A DNA stretch of 64,000 bases from Octopus sinensis (taxonomy: Eukaryota), in NCBI RefSeq assembly GCF_006345805.1, contig NC_042997.1, positions 19,964,001 through 20,028,000 on the forward strand, in the 5' to 3' direction. Made by a program: the position numbers and the translations under genes. The notes beneath the pieces were generated by a model, which worked only from the letters and a program-made list of their open reading frames with translations, did no database searches and was not told where the DNA came from. Positions within the stretch are counted from its first letter, which is position 1, and each line of letters begins with the position of its first letter. Below, piece by piece: positions 51,010 through 63,967 of this stretch.

Positions 51010-52456
51010 GTTACTGGGCATGCATTGATTCAGTTGCTGGTTTGTTTTTCTTGAGAGTCACACAGAATTTTTGTGCTGCTTGGAAGCAGTTTAGAGAAAA
51101 TGTATTCAGACATTAGTGGGTATGAATTGTCTTCAGCAGAGGAGGTGCTGGTGAAGGCAGTGAGAAGAACGGATGGAATGTCAGAGAGAAAAAGAAGTTT
51201 TTCTGAGGCAGCAGAGGTGAAGAAAAAGGATGTAGACCTGGCCGAACTAAAGGAATATGGAAAAATGACACAGAAGGTGGGTGGCGATGTGAAGTTGTCA
51301 CTGCCTAAAAGAATCATGGAGCAAATGGAGACGAAAACTATCACCTATAAGGTGCACTCACTGAAGAACAAAAAAGCTGAACAGGTGGAAGCGGAAATAA
51401 TAGGAAAAGCACTAAGTAAACAGTTGAACCAAATAATGTATATAGCCAAAGGATGTAAATACAGGACAGTGGTCATCCAGTTTAGATCATTGGAGGAGGC
51501 TGGTGAGTGTGGCAGTGAGGACAGAAGAGGTGATGCTGCTGCCCACATATCTTGGAAGAAAGACTTCCAAGGTAATGGTGGAAGCAATCCCACCTGATAT
51601 AGAAATGGCTTGGGTCGCTGCAGCCGTCCTCGTTGGAAGTGAGGAGGAGGTGACTGTCCTCCAAGCCACAGAAACAGAAGAAGAAGGATGGAGAAGGAAA
51701 TCACTGGATCTCATCCTGCAGGAGGAGCTGAAGCAGTTAGAAAGTCTGACAGAGATGGTGACGTTGGGAGAAATTGTGTTAAAAGTGTGGGTGGAGGGCA
51801 GAGTCTCTAAAGGGCTGCATTAGAGTACACTGCCCTCTACAGAAGAAAATAATAGATGAAACAATAGACGAACCAGTTGTGGAGACAGAGGAGAAAAGAG
51901 AGGAAGACAAGAAAGATGGAGGAAAGGAGGAAGAATGGATAGTAACAGAGAGTAGAAGGAAGAAGAAGAAAATAAAGAACACTGAGTTTGATGAGTTACC
52001 CCAGTCCAACTCCATCCCACCCAAGACCACTCAGACCCACCCACCCTATACAGACACCAGACCCACCCACCCCTTCCCCACAGGAAAAAAAATGAAAAAT
52101 GAGCAGACAGCACAGAATTTAGACAAGCCCTCCGCCAGTGAAAAAGGTTATGAAAGAGTGTTGTCATTGAGCGATAGCGAGAATGGAAATAGGAGGATCA
52201 GACCAGAAACTAAAAAGGAATTAGGACTCAGAGGCAGCGAGTGGTGTTACTCAGTGTGGGATGAGTAGCAAACTCTTCATATTTTCATTTTCAGATATCA
52301 TGCACGTTATTATAACCTTAATTTATTTTCTCATGTTCATTTTCATGCCACTCATAGTATCATATTTTATTTTTACATATTTTTAATTGTTATATGTCCC
52401 CACATGTTTTGTAGTGTCCCCTCTATGTTATGTCTTTATGGCAAAATATTGAAGTA
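51010..52456 (+). mobile_element. ORF1-only (HAL1-like) non-LTR retroelement
   Basis: 10-bp TSD AAGAAGCTTG (51000-51009, 52457-52466); splits a SINE A head; 90-bp 5' UTR, ORF1-like region, 188-bp 3' UTR; no ORF2. Confidence 0.75.
51100..52268 (+). pseudogene. Tx1/L1-like ORF1 protein (RRM-like region, eroded zinc knuckle, charged tail), two frameshifts
   Basis: Three overlapping frames: ...TVVIQFRSLEEA / LLPTYLGRKTSKVMVEAIPPDI...VWVEGR / KGCIRVHCP...EEEWIVTESRRKKKK...WDE*. Confidence 0.7.
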
Positions 52457-52850
52457 AAGAAGCTTGTTTCCCAACCACATGGTTCTGGGTTCAGTCCCAC
52501 AGTGTTACTCTTTGGGCAAGTGTCTTCTACTATAGCCTCAGGCTGACCAAAGTCTTGTGAGTAGATTTGGTAAACAGAAACTGAAAGAAGCCCATCGAAT
52601 ATATGTGTGTGTGTGTGTGTGTGCGCATATGTTTCTGTGACTGAGTTTGTTCTGCCACCATCGCTTGACAACTGATGTTGGTGTGTTTACATCCCCATAA
52701 CTTAGCAGTTCAGCAAAAGAGATCAATAGAATAAGTGCTAGGCTTACAAAAATAAGTTCTGGGGTCAATTTGTTCAGCTAAGGGTAGTGATCCAGCATGG
52801 CCATAGTCAAATGACTGAAACAAGTAAGAGAATAATAGAAAACAAGTAAA
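52457..52850 (+). mobile_element. SINE group A (3' remainder; 5' end at 50982-51009)
   Basis: caggagtggatgtgtggt-aagaagcttg joined to tttcccaaccacatgg reconstitutes the family head. Confidence 0.85.
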
Positions 52851-52949
52851 AGAATAATAGAAAAGAATTAAGTTCAATATTCTTTGCGTATCAAATCAAG
52901 ACCACTGATGTGTCAATAAAAGTAAAAGATCATTAATAATCTAAGTTTA

Positions 52950-53420
52950 ATGACACACATTGTTACTTCCTAAGAAATGAGACAGACAAGAAGTATTTTA
53001 ATACATGGTAAATAATTAACAATGGAGCTTGGATATTGAACATGAAATGTCAAAGCTCTAAAATTTTCAGTAAATGTCAATAGAGAATATGGTAATAAAC
53101 AGAGAAATAAGTAATTGTGGTTCTTGAGGAAGATATAATATAAGGGGTCAGAATATGTCTGGATTGGGTTTATTTGTTGGTATTGAAAGAGCAAAACAAG
53201 TGATCAACTCTTTGGTATTGGAAAAATATTTCTTTTGATGCTTTTGCCTGCTGGTTACTACTTTAAGGCAATGATTTCAAACATTGAAGGACCTGACTTT
53301 TGCTTGTACAGCAATAACCATTGAGGGTGTCCAGCTCTTGAACTTTTGGAAGATAGACAGATTAATGGCAGATCAAAAGGGATTATATTATTTAGGTTTT
53401 GAACAACATCAATAGTGTTA
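52950..53420 (-). pseudogene. Decayed LINE RT N-terminal region (clade unresolved)
   Basis: SIKRNIFP, INPI, NY..ISL, LLKILE, SFLRK*QC in the order expected of FP..WK, V.PI, NYRPISL, KILE, GFR. Confidence 0.5.
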
Positions 53421-54118
53421 AGAGAAGTTGGAAAGCAAAGGCAAATAAATTATGGTTTAGATGGTTTGATGCTGAGTGCTTCAAAGTATCAAGGAACTGA
53501 TCAGGTATATCTATAGAAAAGATTAGTGCAAATCATTGACAAAACAGGTGGTGATACCTGCATAAAAAATGCAAAAGTTATTTGGGATTTGCTGAAGTCA
53601 GTTAGATCTGATGGATTAGAGTGTAAAAAGAATGAGCAACTGTTGAGAGATTTTATTTTCTTGATGTAGGAAGTGGATGTGGTTGAGCAAATCTATGGAA
53701 CAGTTGAGAAAGCAGATCATTTTCCAGAGAAGTGGGAAAATGACACGTTAGATAAAACTGGAATTCATTATAATTAGACGTTGAATGGAGATTGAGCATG
53801 TATGGATATTTCTCACCTCCAATATGATTACACCTACACACCATTCTCCTACACTACTCCATACCACTAATCTCCCATACTTGCATGACTCCACATACAC
53901 TCCTCCCAAAACACCTCATGTACCTTATACTACCACACATACACACACACCTTCCCAAATCAATTTCTATACATAGATACCCCTCTACACTTTCACACTC
54001 CATACCTCCTCTTTCGCTACCCCCTACAATCACATTCCTACTTGATCCCATACGTTTTTCTACCAACTACTTTTTTCTCATTCATTTTTTACTTTCCCAT
54101 CAACTTTTCTCATTCCCT

Positions 54119-54158
54119 GTTTTTCTGATGATAGCCTTGTGTCTGAAACGTTAAAAGT
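54119..54158 (+). ncRNA. Minimal hammerhead ribozyme motif (degenerate stem II)
   Basis: UUUU-CUGAUGA-uAGCCuuguGUCU-GAAA-C-GUU-AAAA; palindromic AACGUU stem III; follows a C/T-rich UTR-like tract. Confidence 0.55.
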
Positions 54159-55999
54159 CTTTCCCTTCCTCTTAAACATTTAACTAATACATTTGTTAAA
54201 ACTTGTCCCTTCCAAACAGTCTCCTTTTGTGTACATTGCCTAATATATAGACATTAACTCTCATTTCAATTTAATCCATTCCAGTGCATTACTTCTACTT
54301 ATTCTATTGACTGCATTATAATCACAGGAAGTTGGGATATGAACTCAAAGCAATGGTGATAGATATCAGCAGATAAAACTAAACATTTATACAAGTTTGC
54401 TGTTAACTTCTCCAGCTTTTCCAAAATAGATAAATGAAATGGTTAACATGTACCATTCACTGTGTGTTTTAGGTAAAAAGTGTATTTATAGCCCTAGCTT
54501 GGTACAGCAGCATTCTGCCAATAAACATGCTTTGCAGCTATAAAGTAATATTGATTTATTGATAATAAAATAAACCCAAATATTTTCATCATTCATCATC
54601 ATTAACGGTTTTATGTCCGGCTGTATTTTAGCATGGGTTGCATGAATATGCAGTATTGAATCTTTATCTTCGGTAAATTCAACCATAAACTTTACTTCAA
54701 ATCACATTTAACTCCTGATATATCATTAATCCTAAAAAAAAAGTTTTATCCACTCATACAAAAATCAGTTTAGTATTACTCTCTCTAGTCATACCTTTCT
54801 TTTGTGGAAAAATCTATTATTTATGTCTGATGTATTGATCTTAAATTAAAGGTTAAATTAGGTAGGCTACTGAACAGTAGGGTCTGATGTTGTGCATCAC
54901 AAGTATTAATTTCAGTACTGCACCAATTCAACTACTCTTGATTTGAGAATTGATATTACAAAATAGAAATTCTATAGATAATTCTTTATTTTTTATGTCG
55001 AATATTTAGATAAACAAAAATGGGCTACTTTATAAATAATTGATTAAATACAAAAGAAATAAATCATAGTCTTTTTAGTTGTATATAAGCTAGAACATTT
55101 TTATATGACTTTAACTATTCTAGACATCTATAAATGGGTTACTAATTTTTATTATCTTATTCGACTATCCAATTTTTAGTGTATACTCACTATCTGTGCT
55201 TAATGATAAACATTATTACTTTTTGGTTTTTGTCAGTTTTGTTTTTTAACATAATGAAATAAATAGAGAATCATTTAGCTAATGAGACACTAGACTACTA
55301 GCAAAATGGACGACAGTTTGTGTAATAAACGACACTACTAAAATCACTTATATTTCATTGGCCAATCCATCTGCCAGTAGTAAACTGGGTTTCTGTCTAA
55401 AGGAGGAAGTGTTTTTCAATCATTGAGGAAACTACTACCACAAACCTTTGAATTGTAGGAACACTACTGTAAATTTTATCACATTTCAATTTATAAATAC
55501 TCCATTCTAAAGATTTTTAACTTTCTTTAAGTTTTCACTTTCCTTTTAAACTATTTCCATGTGGTTGGAGTTAGAAAGAGTAATGCTTTGATAAAATCAT
55601 TACTATAATTCTACTAAAATTTTCTAAAAATTTGCAGACATCTTTTTATTTCCTATGGTGACACATTATCAAAAAGATTCATCAATTCTAGATAAGAAAC
55701 AAAAAGTTGATATTACATTAAATAATTGTTTTTGAAAATTAGAAGTTTTAAAAAAGGAAATGGTGCAAAAAGTTTTGATATTATCTTTTTCTTCAGGCAA
55801 TTACAATTTAAAGTAAAACAGTTCCAAAGCAAAATTAAAGCCAAGCAGCTGACTTATCTTACCATGAATTTAGATTTGTGTTATAGGTTTAGAATTTAAA
55901 GATTCTGCTATTATAACAAACCTTAAAATGTTTTAGAAGTAAATTATACAAAAGATAATTTCATGAATATTAAGGAGCAATAAAATAAGAAATGCAGCA

Positions 56000-56400
56000 A
56001 AGATCAGATGCTTTGCCTGATACGAAAACTGCAGAAATTACCCACAGGCTTTTCAAGCTCTTCTTTTGAATCCATTTCAATATCCAAAACCGTTCTGTAT
56101 CCCCATCAAGTATCTCAAGGTCCCAAGCATTTTACCCCTTTATCTGTATGCTTTACCTGAGTGGGACAGCCTTACTGCCTTTACATGGCACTATGCTTCT
56201 GGAATAGGTATTTTTTTGCCTCTTAGAGTTGTAGTTGCTAAGCTCTAGCTGTTCTTGACAGATTGCTCCAACAACCTCATAGTGCTTCCAGTGTATTTTC
56301 GCTTCCTTCGCAGATTCCTAGGGCTTCCACATTCTGCTACACTTTATGATCATGTTAGCATGTCTGACTCTCCTGTCCCTAGTTAGAAGCAATGTACTGA
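56000..56400 (-). pseudogene. Possible highly decayed LINE RT
   Basis: HAN (YAD-like), QLQL*EAK and GVKCLG (KYLG-like) in RT order; many stops. Confidence 0.25.
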
Positions 56401-57239
56401 TTGCCCTTACCTTCGTGGCTTTGAATCCTAAAGATGAAATTGGTAGGCAAAGTTTACAGTTTTTGCTATACAGATAGACTAAGTTACAATGCCTAATGAC
56501 TTGCACTTGAATAAGATTTTGCTTTTATGGATGTCTGTCATTTAGTCATTTCTGCCCTTCTTTCAACAACTTAATATCTTAAAAATCAGGAAAAGTTCCA
56601 GTGTGTTAGAATGTCTTCAAAACACTGTAGTGTTAACAGGAAAATTTAAAATGACATAAAGAAAGATGTTGTTGTAAATTTTAAAAAACTAAATTCACTA
56701 ATTCATTTATTTTTAAACATAATAACATTATTTTTCTTTCCCATTATGGTTAATAAAATATTTCTCTTTCCTGACATGAATTATATTAAATTTTCAAGGA
56801 AATGATTCAAATATATCTTCATGTATTTCATTTAACTGATTTATGAAATAACATAAATATATTTTGGAAAAATTTATTCTAGTCAACTGTATAACTTAAA
56901 ATAGCTGTCTAGTTTCTACAATGAATTTTTCTAACACTAAACTATGTAACCAATATAATAATAAAAAAGTAGCTGATTAAATCAATAAAATATATATAAA
57001 CAATAAATTGCACCATGTATTGTTTCAATTTTGTGATTATTGGAATCTTTTCATGTATTTCCAAATGTATGTTGATACTTTTTAATTTGAGCTATTACAA
57101 GAGGCTATTATTAGAGATGCTTTATTCCAGACTACTAGCTATATTAACAGTCAGAAGCTTCAGTGCTGATATAGCCAAAGAGGAAATTACGTGATGAAAA
57201 AATTAAACAAATGAAAATTTGATAAATGAAAAAATTCAA

Positions 57240-57390
57240 CGCTCAATAATTGCCCATATTTCAGAAAATTGGCTCAAGCATGAGACCTTTAGTCATTTAA
57301 TAGATATAGAAAGAAGTTTTGTTTGGTATTGAAGAATTCTAGAGTGATGAAAACTTCCCGTTTGCAATAGAATAATGTGTTTAACGAATT
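57240..57390 (+). pseudogene. Possible hAT C-terminal dimerisation remnant
   Basis: CPYFRKLAQ and DIERSF..Y..IL in adjacent frames. Confidence 0.3.
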
Positions 57391-58278
57391 TATAATACAT
57401 TCTACTCAGAAAAAATGGTAATTTTTATTGAATTACTAGAATCCAAGAACTTGGTGCTTATCTCTAGTTTTGGAAACCTTAAGCAGTTGAGAGAGAAATC
57501 TTATCTAGATATGAATGCAGATTTAATACAGCTATTCTTGTAAGCCTCCTAGCTAATTGTAACTTATGTGGAATAAGGTATTGGTTGAGAGTTAAGCTTT
57601 GATGCAAAAATTTATCAGGATACAAACTAACGACTGCTTATTTGATTGTTAGCTCCTCACATTTGTTCTTGTTTAGTGTTCATATATTCATTATTCAAAA
57701 CATTTTAAAATAGGATATCTTTTGATGAGTGCCGCATGTTCCAGTAATTCCTGTGCAACAAGGAGTTATTTAAGCAATAAAGTAGGCAAAAACAATATCA
57801 TCACTTTCTGCCACACAAATAAGCAGCCAGGCAAGTTTTAGTTAAAGGTAAACCAATGGTAAACATAGGATGCACAGACAAGTCCTTTACATAGAAGTTT
57901 CCTTGGTTGCAGTTCAGTAGTGGGTTAATGGAACCTTTGATTATGATGGACAGAGTGTTATTTTTGCCTTTCATATGAAGCTAATCTTTTTTGTTATTAA
58001 TGTACCTATGAACTATATTTGCTTCAATCATACCATTATACTCTATTGGCCATAGGCTTGAGAACAGGGTGTGATGTGGGTGCAAGTACTTCCACTAAAA
58101 TTTGGCATGGAGGCAATGAAAATTGCTTTAAACATCCCCTTGAAAAACTGTGTTTGCAGTCCCAAAACATTTCTTTCTCACACTTACACTACTGGTAAAT
58201 AACTATGTAATAAAATAAATATTACTATATACTTATCTAAAAATGGATGCTATTCAAACAACACTGGAGTTGATTTTG

Positions 58279-58494
58279 CAAGAGGGTGCTGAAAAATTCC
58301 TAGCTTTAAGGGTATTGCAAAAGGCCTAGTGTGAGACTCAGCATTCTGAGTTCTTTTACAAGGCTTAGAAAAACTGAAGGACCTCTGCAATAAATGTGTG
58401 AATCTGAGAGGGGAATATGTTGAATAAAATCATAATTAATTGATCCTCCTGTATTTTCTTTCACCCAAATTGAGGAACTTTTCAGCACCCCATC
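58279..58494 (+). mobile_element. mariner-derived MITE
   Basis: TIRs gggtgctgaaaaattcct / aggaacttttcagcaccc; C-terminal remnant GLEKLKDLCNKCVNLRGEYVE*. Confidence 0.8.
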
Positions 58495-59023
58495 ATGTTA
58501 TGGCTCAACATACAGCCTAACATTGTATCAATATTTCACCTCCAGTAAATTTTTCTCCTTATTGATGAGCTCACATCAGAAACTGAAGCCAAACCAACAA
58601 TCTTCCATATTAGTAACCCTAATGCTTATACTGTCTACCAGCAATGATGATTTTTGTGACAGAGAAATGGCTTTGGTTATTTTGGAGAAATAACACACTG
58701 CCAAATCCAAATTCACTAACCACTCATCACTCCAACCTAACAATCTTGCCAAACCAACTTCTTGTAAAAGTATAGCCAAAAGGTGACAGTGCAGGCAATT
58801 TAACTTGTAGCATTTTAAAAGACATGACATTTTGTAACATTTTTTACCTTCCCTGTTTCATTTTTTTTGCCCCAAGTCGGGTAGCCTAAAAGTGAAAATC
58901 CCTTCTTTTGTTCAGTGGTGTAAAACCACATTATCCAAAGCATCCTATCTTTTAAAAGTTAATGGGATATCATTGAAAGAGATTTGGTAGCTATTTGGTA
59001 GCTGCTCATGTAATCATATAGAT

Positions 59024-59284
59024 AAAAATAAATAAATGCACCCTTTTAAAGCCTAGACAGTCTCATGGGCCTGGTTTCCCGGTTTCTATGGCATGTGTGT
59101 TCCCCAGCTGGATGGGACACCGGTCCATCACAGTGTTACTCACTTTTGCCAGCTGAGTGGACTGGAGCAATGTGAAATGAAGTGTTTTGCTCAAGAACAC
59201 AATGCATCGCCTGGTCCAGGAATCGAAATCACAATCTTACAATCATGATGCTGATACCCTAACCACTAAGCCACGTGCCTCCAC
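59024..59284 (-). mobile_element. SINE group D
   Basis: Reverse complement of the 27076 copy; 12-bp TSD aatcatatagat. Confidence 0.85.
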
Positions 59285-61925
59285 AATCATATAGATGCTT
59301 AGTAATTATTGTAGATGAATGTAAAGTGAAAGTGTAAAAAATGTGTAAGCACATATAAAGCAAAATTGTAAGATACCATCAAATGCAAAGTGAAACTTCT
59401 GTGAAGTGTAAATATAGAAAAGCTGCCTTAATATCATAGATTTACTAGAAATAACAGCTGAATCAGTGATACTACACCCACTCCTGATTTATATCTCTCT
59501 TTTCCTCTCTTACCCATATTGTTCTGCACCTAGGCATTGCACTGGTTACTTTTTCCACCCTTTATATGTTAACCAACAGGAATTCCCCACTTGTATGTGT
59601 TCTTTCTGCAGTTATCAGCTTGTAGCAATTCAAAATACACATTAACCACGTCAGCCTCAATGGTAGAGCATCTGAAAAACTTATGGACACAAGTTATTTC
59701 TCTAGAACCAATCCTCTGCCAAAAAGCAAATTACTGTAAATTCAAAAGACTATGAAAACAAGCAAGAATCATTAAATTTTCTAGATTTATAAAATATATT
59801 ATTTTTTATAGACATATATGTATATCTGGCAATCTTTTGGTTTGTGATCCCAAATGGAAATATTGCCTGTTGAACACGATATCTGGACATATTGAATAGG
59901 CACTCTGCCACTTTCTTCCTTCAAAAAATAGCTTTCCAAATTTTTAATAATCAAAATACACACACACACACGTATTTTTTATTCTAAATTTTTACAGTTT
60001 TCTATCTTTCATGACAGGGATTCCACATTAAAAATATAATTCTGATAAAACTCCTTTATAGGATATTAGTGTTGATTGTTTACGATCATTTTTCTCTTTC
60101 AATTTGTGATCATAAACTGAAAAAATACTTTCAGTGTATTTAATACTCTTTTGACTATTAGATATGAAATTGTATAGAATAGATATTTAACAACTATAGT
60201 ACCATTTGTGTAACTCAGTATAGTAATCAATCCACCATATTGTTCTTGTAGAGGTTAAGAAACAAGAGTGACATTGATAAATGGGTGTTGGTTCATTGGT
60301 ATTAAGTTTAGTTGTGTGTTGTCCCATAAATAACTGATTATGAACGTTGTTGAAATAACATTTTATTTTGTTGAAGTAAATTACAATATTTACATAATTA
60401 CATCACTGTTTGCCAGTAGCATAATGTAGTGAGCTCAAATGTAGTTGTAATTAAACTACTAATAATAGAGATTAACTTCAAGCAAGAGTTGGGTGTAATG
60501 CTTTTCCATCCTAGTTGAATGATTCTTGTTAACATGAGGCTGAACTTCAGCCAAGGTAAACTTGTTGAAATAAGAGCTTGTTCTTTGTTTTTGAATTATG
60601 CCACTCTCTCTGGATTGCTTTTGCTGAGAGGTAAGAATATATGTTTGGTGGCTTTCTCAACCCCTGCCTGATTCTGGCATGCTTTCGCTTTTATCAACCC
60701 TTTTGTGCAGGAAATATCATAGATACGATATGGAGAGTTATTTCCACAAGCCGGTTGGTCAGAAATTCGAACATGAGCCCAGCTATAAGAGCTGTGAGGT
60801 TTTAATTCTAGGTCACACTACACAAGAAGCCTTACATGCAAAAAGATCTGAGGTGGCAATGGGCATAGAACAAAACCTATATCTCAGAGTTCTCCCAGAA
60901 AAAAAGAAGAGGATGGTTATGTCCAGTAAATTTTTCTTCTTTTTGGTTATAGATCCTCATGATCAGAGCTGACATAGCTTGCTCAATTACGGCTCTCAGT
61001 ATTTACCAACTCCATAGTAGGAGCTATATAGTAACTGTACAAAATATTCCTGTCGAACTGTGATTGAAGGTGAACACAAGGAGAAAAATGGGAAATGAAC
61101 ACATAAACATATAAATACATAGATAAATTTTAAAATCACCAACTCCATTTGAGTTCGTAAAATGTAAGCCTATATTTCAGGTGGAATAAATAAGAAAACA
61201 AATCTCACAATTGAAACATTTGTTAGGAAAACTGAAGATTGAAATCTTAGACAATAAAAATGAGTGAAATATCAAAAATAACAAACAAAATATAACTTTT
61301 CCTTGAATGTTTAACTTCAACAAATTTATCTGATAGAAGTTAACAAATATTATTTGTAACAAAATTAGTTGAAATTTGTACGACTAATTTAGTATGATGT
61401 AGCATTTTGTTATCAAACAGTTGTCATTTGTTTTCGTTTTGTTTCTGTGCAGTATTTTCGTTTGATCTATTGGGTATGTGTTTCCTTTGTAAGGCTTGGG
61501 TAGTTTCTTCATTTCACTCCCGTGGCTTTCCAGTCTTTGTTTTGAATATTGATGCTCTCAGAACATTTGGAATGCATTTTGGTGTCACCAGGGACTCATT
61601 CTGCTGCTACTTTATGCCCAATGATAGAACAATGTGCTTATCTATGGAGATATTATGCATTTTAGAAGAATATGGAAAATGAAATCTGAAACCTTTGTTA
61701 AAGTGTGTGTAAGACTGATGTATTCTAAATGGTAATACTTTTCATGCAGTCTTTCACAAATTCTTCTCATAAACATTTCTTATTACTCATGTTAAACATG
61801 CCCAACTTGCTCAAAACGCAGAACGTTAGACAGTAGAAATGAAATGAAGAAATGTTACTTGTCTAGAACATAACAATTGTTACAACATTGTACACTGCAT
61901 AAAACAAACAGTGGGCTCCTACATA

Positions 61926-62941
61926 TCAGGTTGAGTAAAAAGTAAGCAACATTTTGAACCATGAAGAATTTGTACCGGATTTTTGCAGAGTTTTAAATTA
62001 TTTTAAGCATGTTTTTGCAAATATCTGATAATGCAAACATAGACTTGCCCAAATGCATCAATAAATTAACATTGATATATTTTTCACCATTGTTACAATC
62101 ATCTGAAATGGAGCTATCAAAGTACGATATTCAAGCAATTTTGCTATTCAACTTCAAAAAATGACATAAAGCAGCTGAAACTGCTTGTGATATCAACAAA
62201 ATGTTTGGTGAGGAAATGACCAGTGAGTGGCCAGCTCAAAAATGGCTTAAACAATTTCGCAGTGGAGACCTGAGCCATGAAGATTGTGAGCATAGTGGAC
62301 ACCCATCTGTCATCGATGACAGTCAATTAAAGATTGTCATTGAGAAAGATCCACATAAAACCACTCAAGAAATGGCAAAAGAACTTCAAGTTTGCCTGAA
62401 AACTGCTTGCAACCATTTGCATGTGATTGGAAAATCATAAAAGCTCGACATATGGGTACTATATGATTTGAATGAAAATCAGAAAATGCACAGATACAAA
62501 ATTTGTTCATTGCTTCTTCTCCGTAACCAGACTGAACCATTTCTCTACTGTATTGTAACTTCTAAGGAAAAGTGGATTCCATACAATAATTTTAAAAAAG
62601 CGTTCTTCACAGTGTTTGGACCAAAATGAAGCACCAAAAACCTTCCTTAAACCTTAGCACTTCAAAAGAAGGTTATGGTGGCTGTTAGGTAGTGTTCTAT
62701 TGAACTCATCCACTATAACTTCTTAAAACCCAGGAAAACCATTACTGCAGGAACATATTGCCATGAAATTACTAAGTTGAATGAAAAACTGCTACTCTCC
62801 ATCCCAGACTGGTCTACAGAAGAGAACCAATTATTCTTCAGGATAATGCTCGACCACGTTTCACTAATGAGGCTCCAGAAGTTGAGGGAACTTGGCTACG
62901 AAGTTCTTCCCCACCCAGTTTATTCCCCTGACCTTTCTTCT
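61926..62941 (+). mobile_element. mariner transposon, 3'-truncated, inactive
   Basis: TA|tcaggttgag start; ATG at 62108; WLKQFRSGD, SGHPS, WVLYDL, IVTSKEKW, QDNARP, HPVYSPDLS. Confidence 0.9.
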
Positions 62942-63299
62942 ACACAGTGTGAAAGAATGAACATATATTGTATTTCTAGAAGGAATAGTACAAAAAAGAA
63001 GAAATTGCTTATAACAATGCTTGACATTCTCAATTAAAATATCAAAATTTAAGATTAATTAATTCGAAAAATTACTGGTTTATCAAAGAAATCATCAGTG
63101 ATTCAGGAAAAGGAAACAGAACTGCTTCAATATGGATAAAAAAAAAGCAAGTAAACAAGCAAAATGAAAAAACTAAGAGTAAAGAACAAATATTCAATAA
63201 TTGCTGCAATGTTGAAGTGATTACAGCTTACCTGAGTTTGTTATAATGGCAGTATGGATGATGGGTAAAAATGTGTGCTATGGTGTTGATCAAAAGAAC

Positions 63300-63420
63300 C
63301 TGACCATTCTCTTGCAATATCCATGTAGCTTGACACTGCTACTGGAGGCGATACTGTTGGAAGGTACTTAAAACATTGGGATCCCCACACAGCTATTGAA
63401 GAATGTCCCATGTATATGAA
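63300..63420 (+). pseudogene. RTE-type RT fragment
   Basis: WKVLKTLG(I)PTQLL with a frameshift resembles LW..L...GIP.KL. Confidence 0.35.
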
Positions 63421-63734
63421 GCTTTGAGCAAGATGACTAAAAGGAAAGGCTGGTGAGTACTCTGGAAGGATAATGTGATGCTCTGGAAAGATGAGCTGAT
63501 CTCATGTAAAAGTAATATGATAGCCTGCAAAGACAGTAAAACTATGTGAAAAATTCACATAATAAGAAATCTTTCATAGTGTTCTAACGAGAAGGATGCA
63601 TACATCATCCACAAACCTGCCCTTTGAAAGTAACAAATACATGATACAACTCCCGGTGGCCAAAGAGCGGGATAGGACCATGAATGAGATGAAGGTCCAT
63701 TATACAAAAGAAGATTGTGGAGATAGATAACAAA

Positions 63735-63967
63735 GGTAGCGAGCTGGCAGAAACGTTAGCATGCTGGGCGAAATGCTTAGTGGTATTTCGTCTGCTGTTA
63801 CATTCTGGGTTCAAATTCCACCGAGGTCAACTTTGCCTTTCATCCTTTCGGGGTGGATAAATTAAGTACCAGTTACGCGCTGGGGTCGATGTAATCGACT
63901 TAATCCATTTGTCTGTTCTTGTTTGTCCCCTCTATGTTTAGCCCCTTGTGGGCAATAAAGAAATAAG
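63735..63967 (+). mobile_element. SINE group B, full length
   Basis: Close match to 22330 and 39927. Confidence 0.9.

Noticed and set aside
56411-56427. 17-nt micro-exon (also a 20-nt candidate at 41404-41423)
   Set aside because: All or most frames are open, so phase gives no support; the 56.4-kb one abuts a probable LINE remnant.
60400-60972. Long open frames on both strands (possible exon or GIY-YIG tail)
   Set aside because: No donor, no recognisable motif set, and conflicting strand interpretations.
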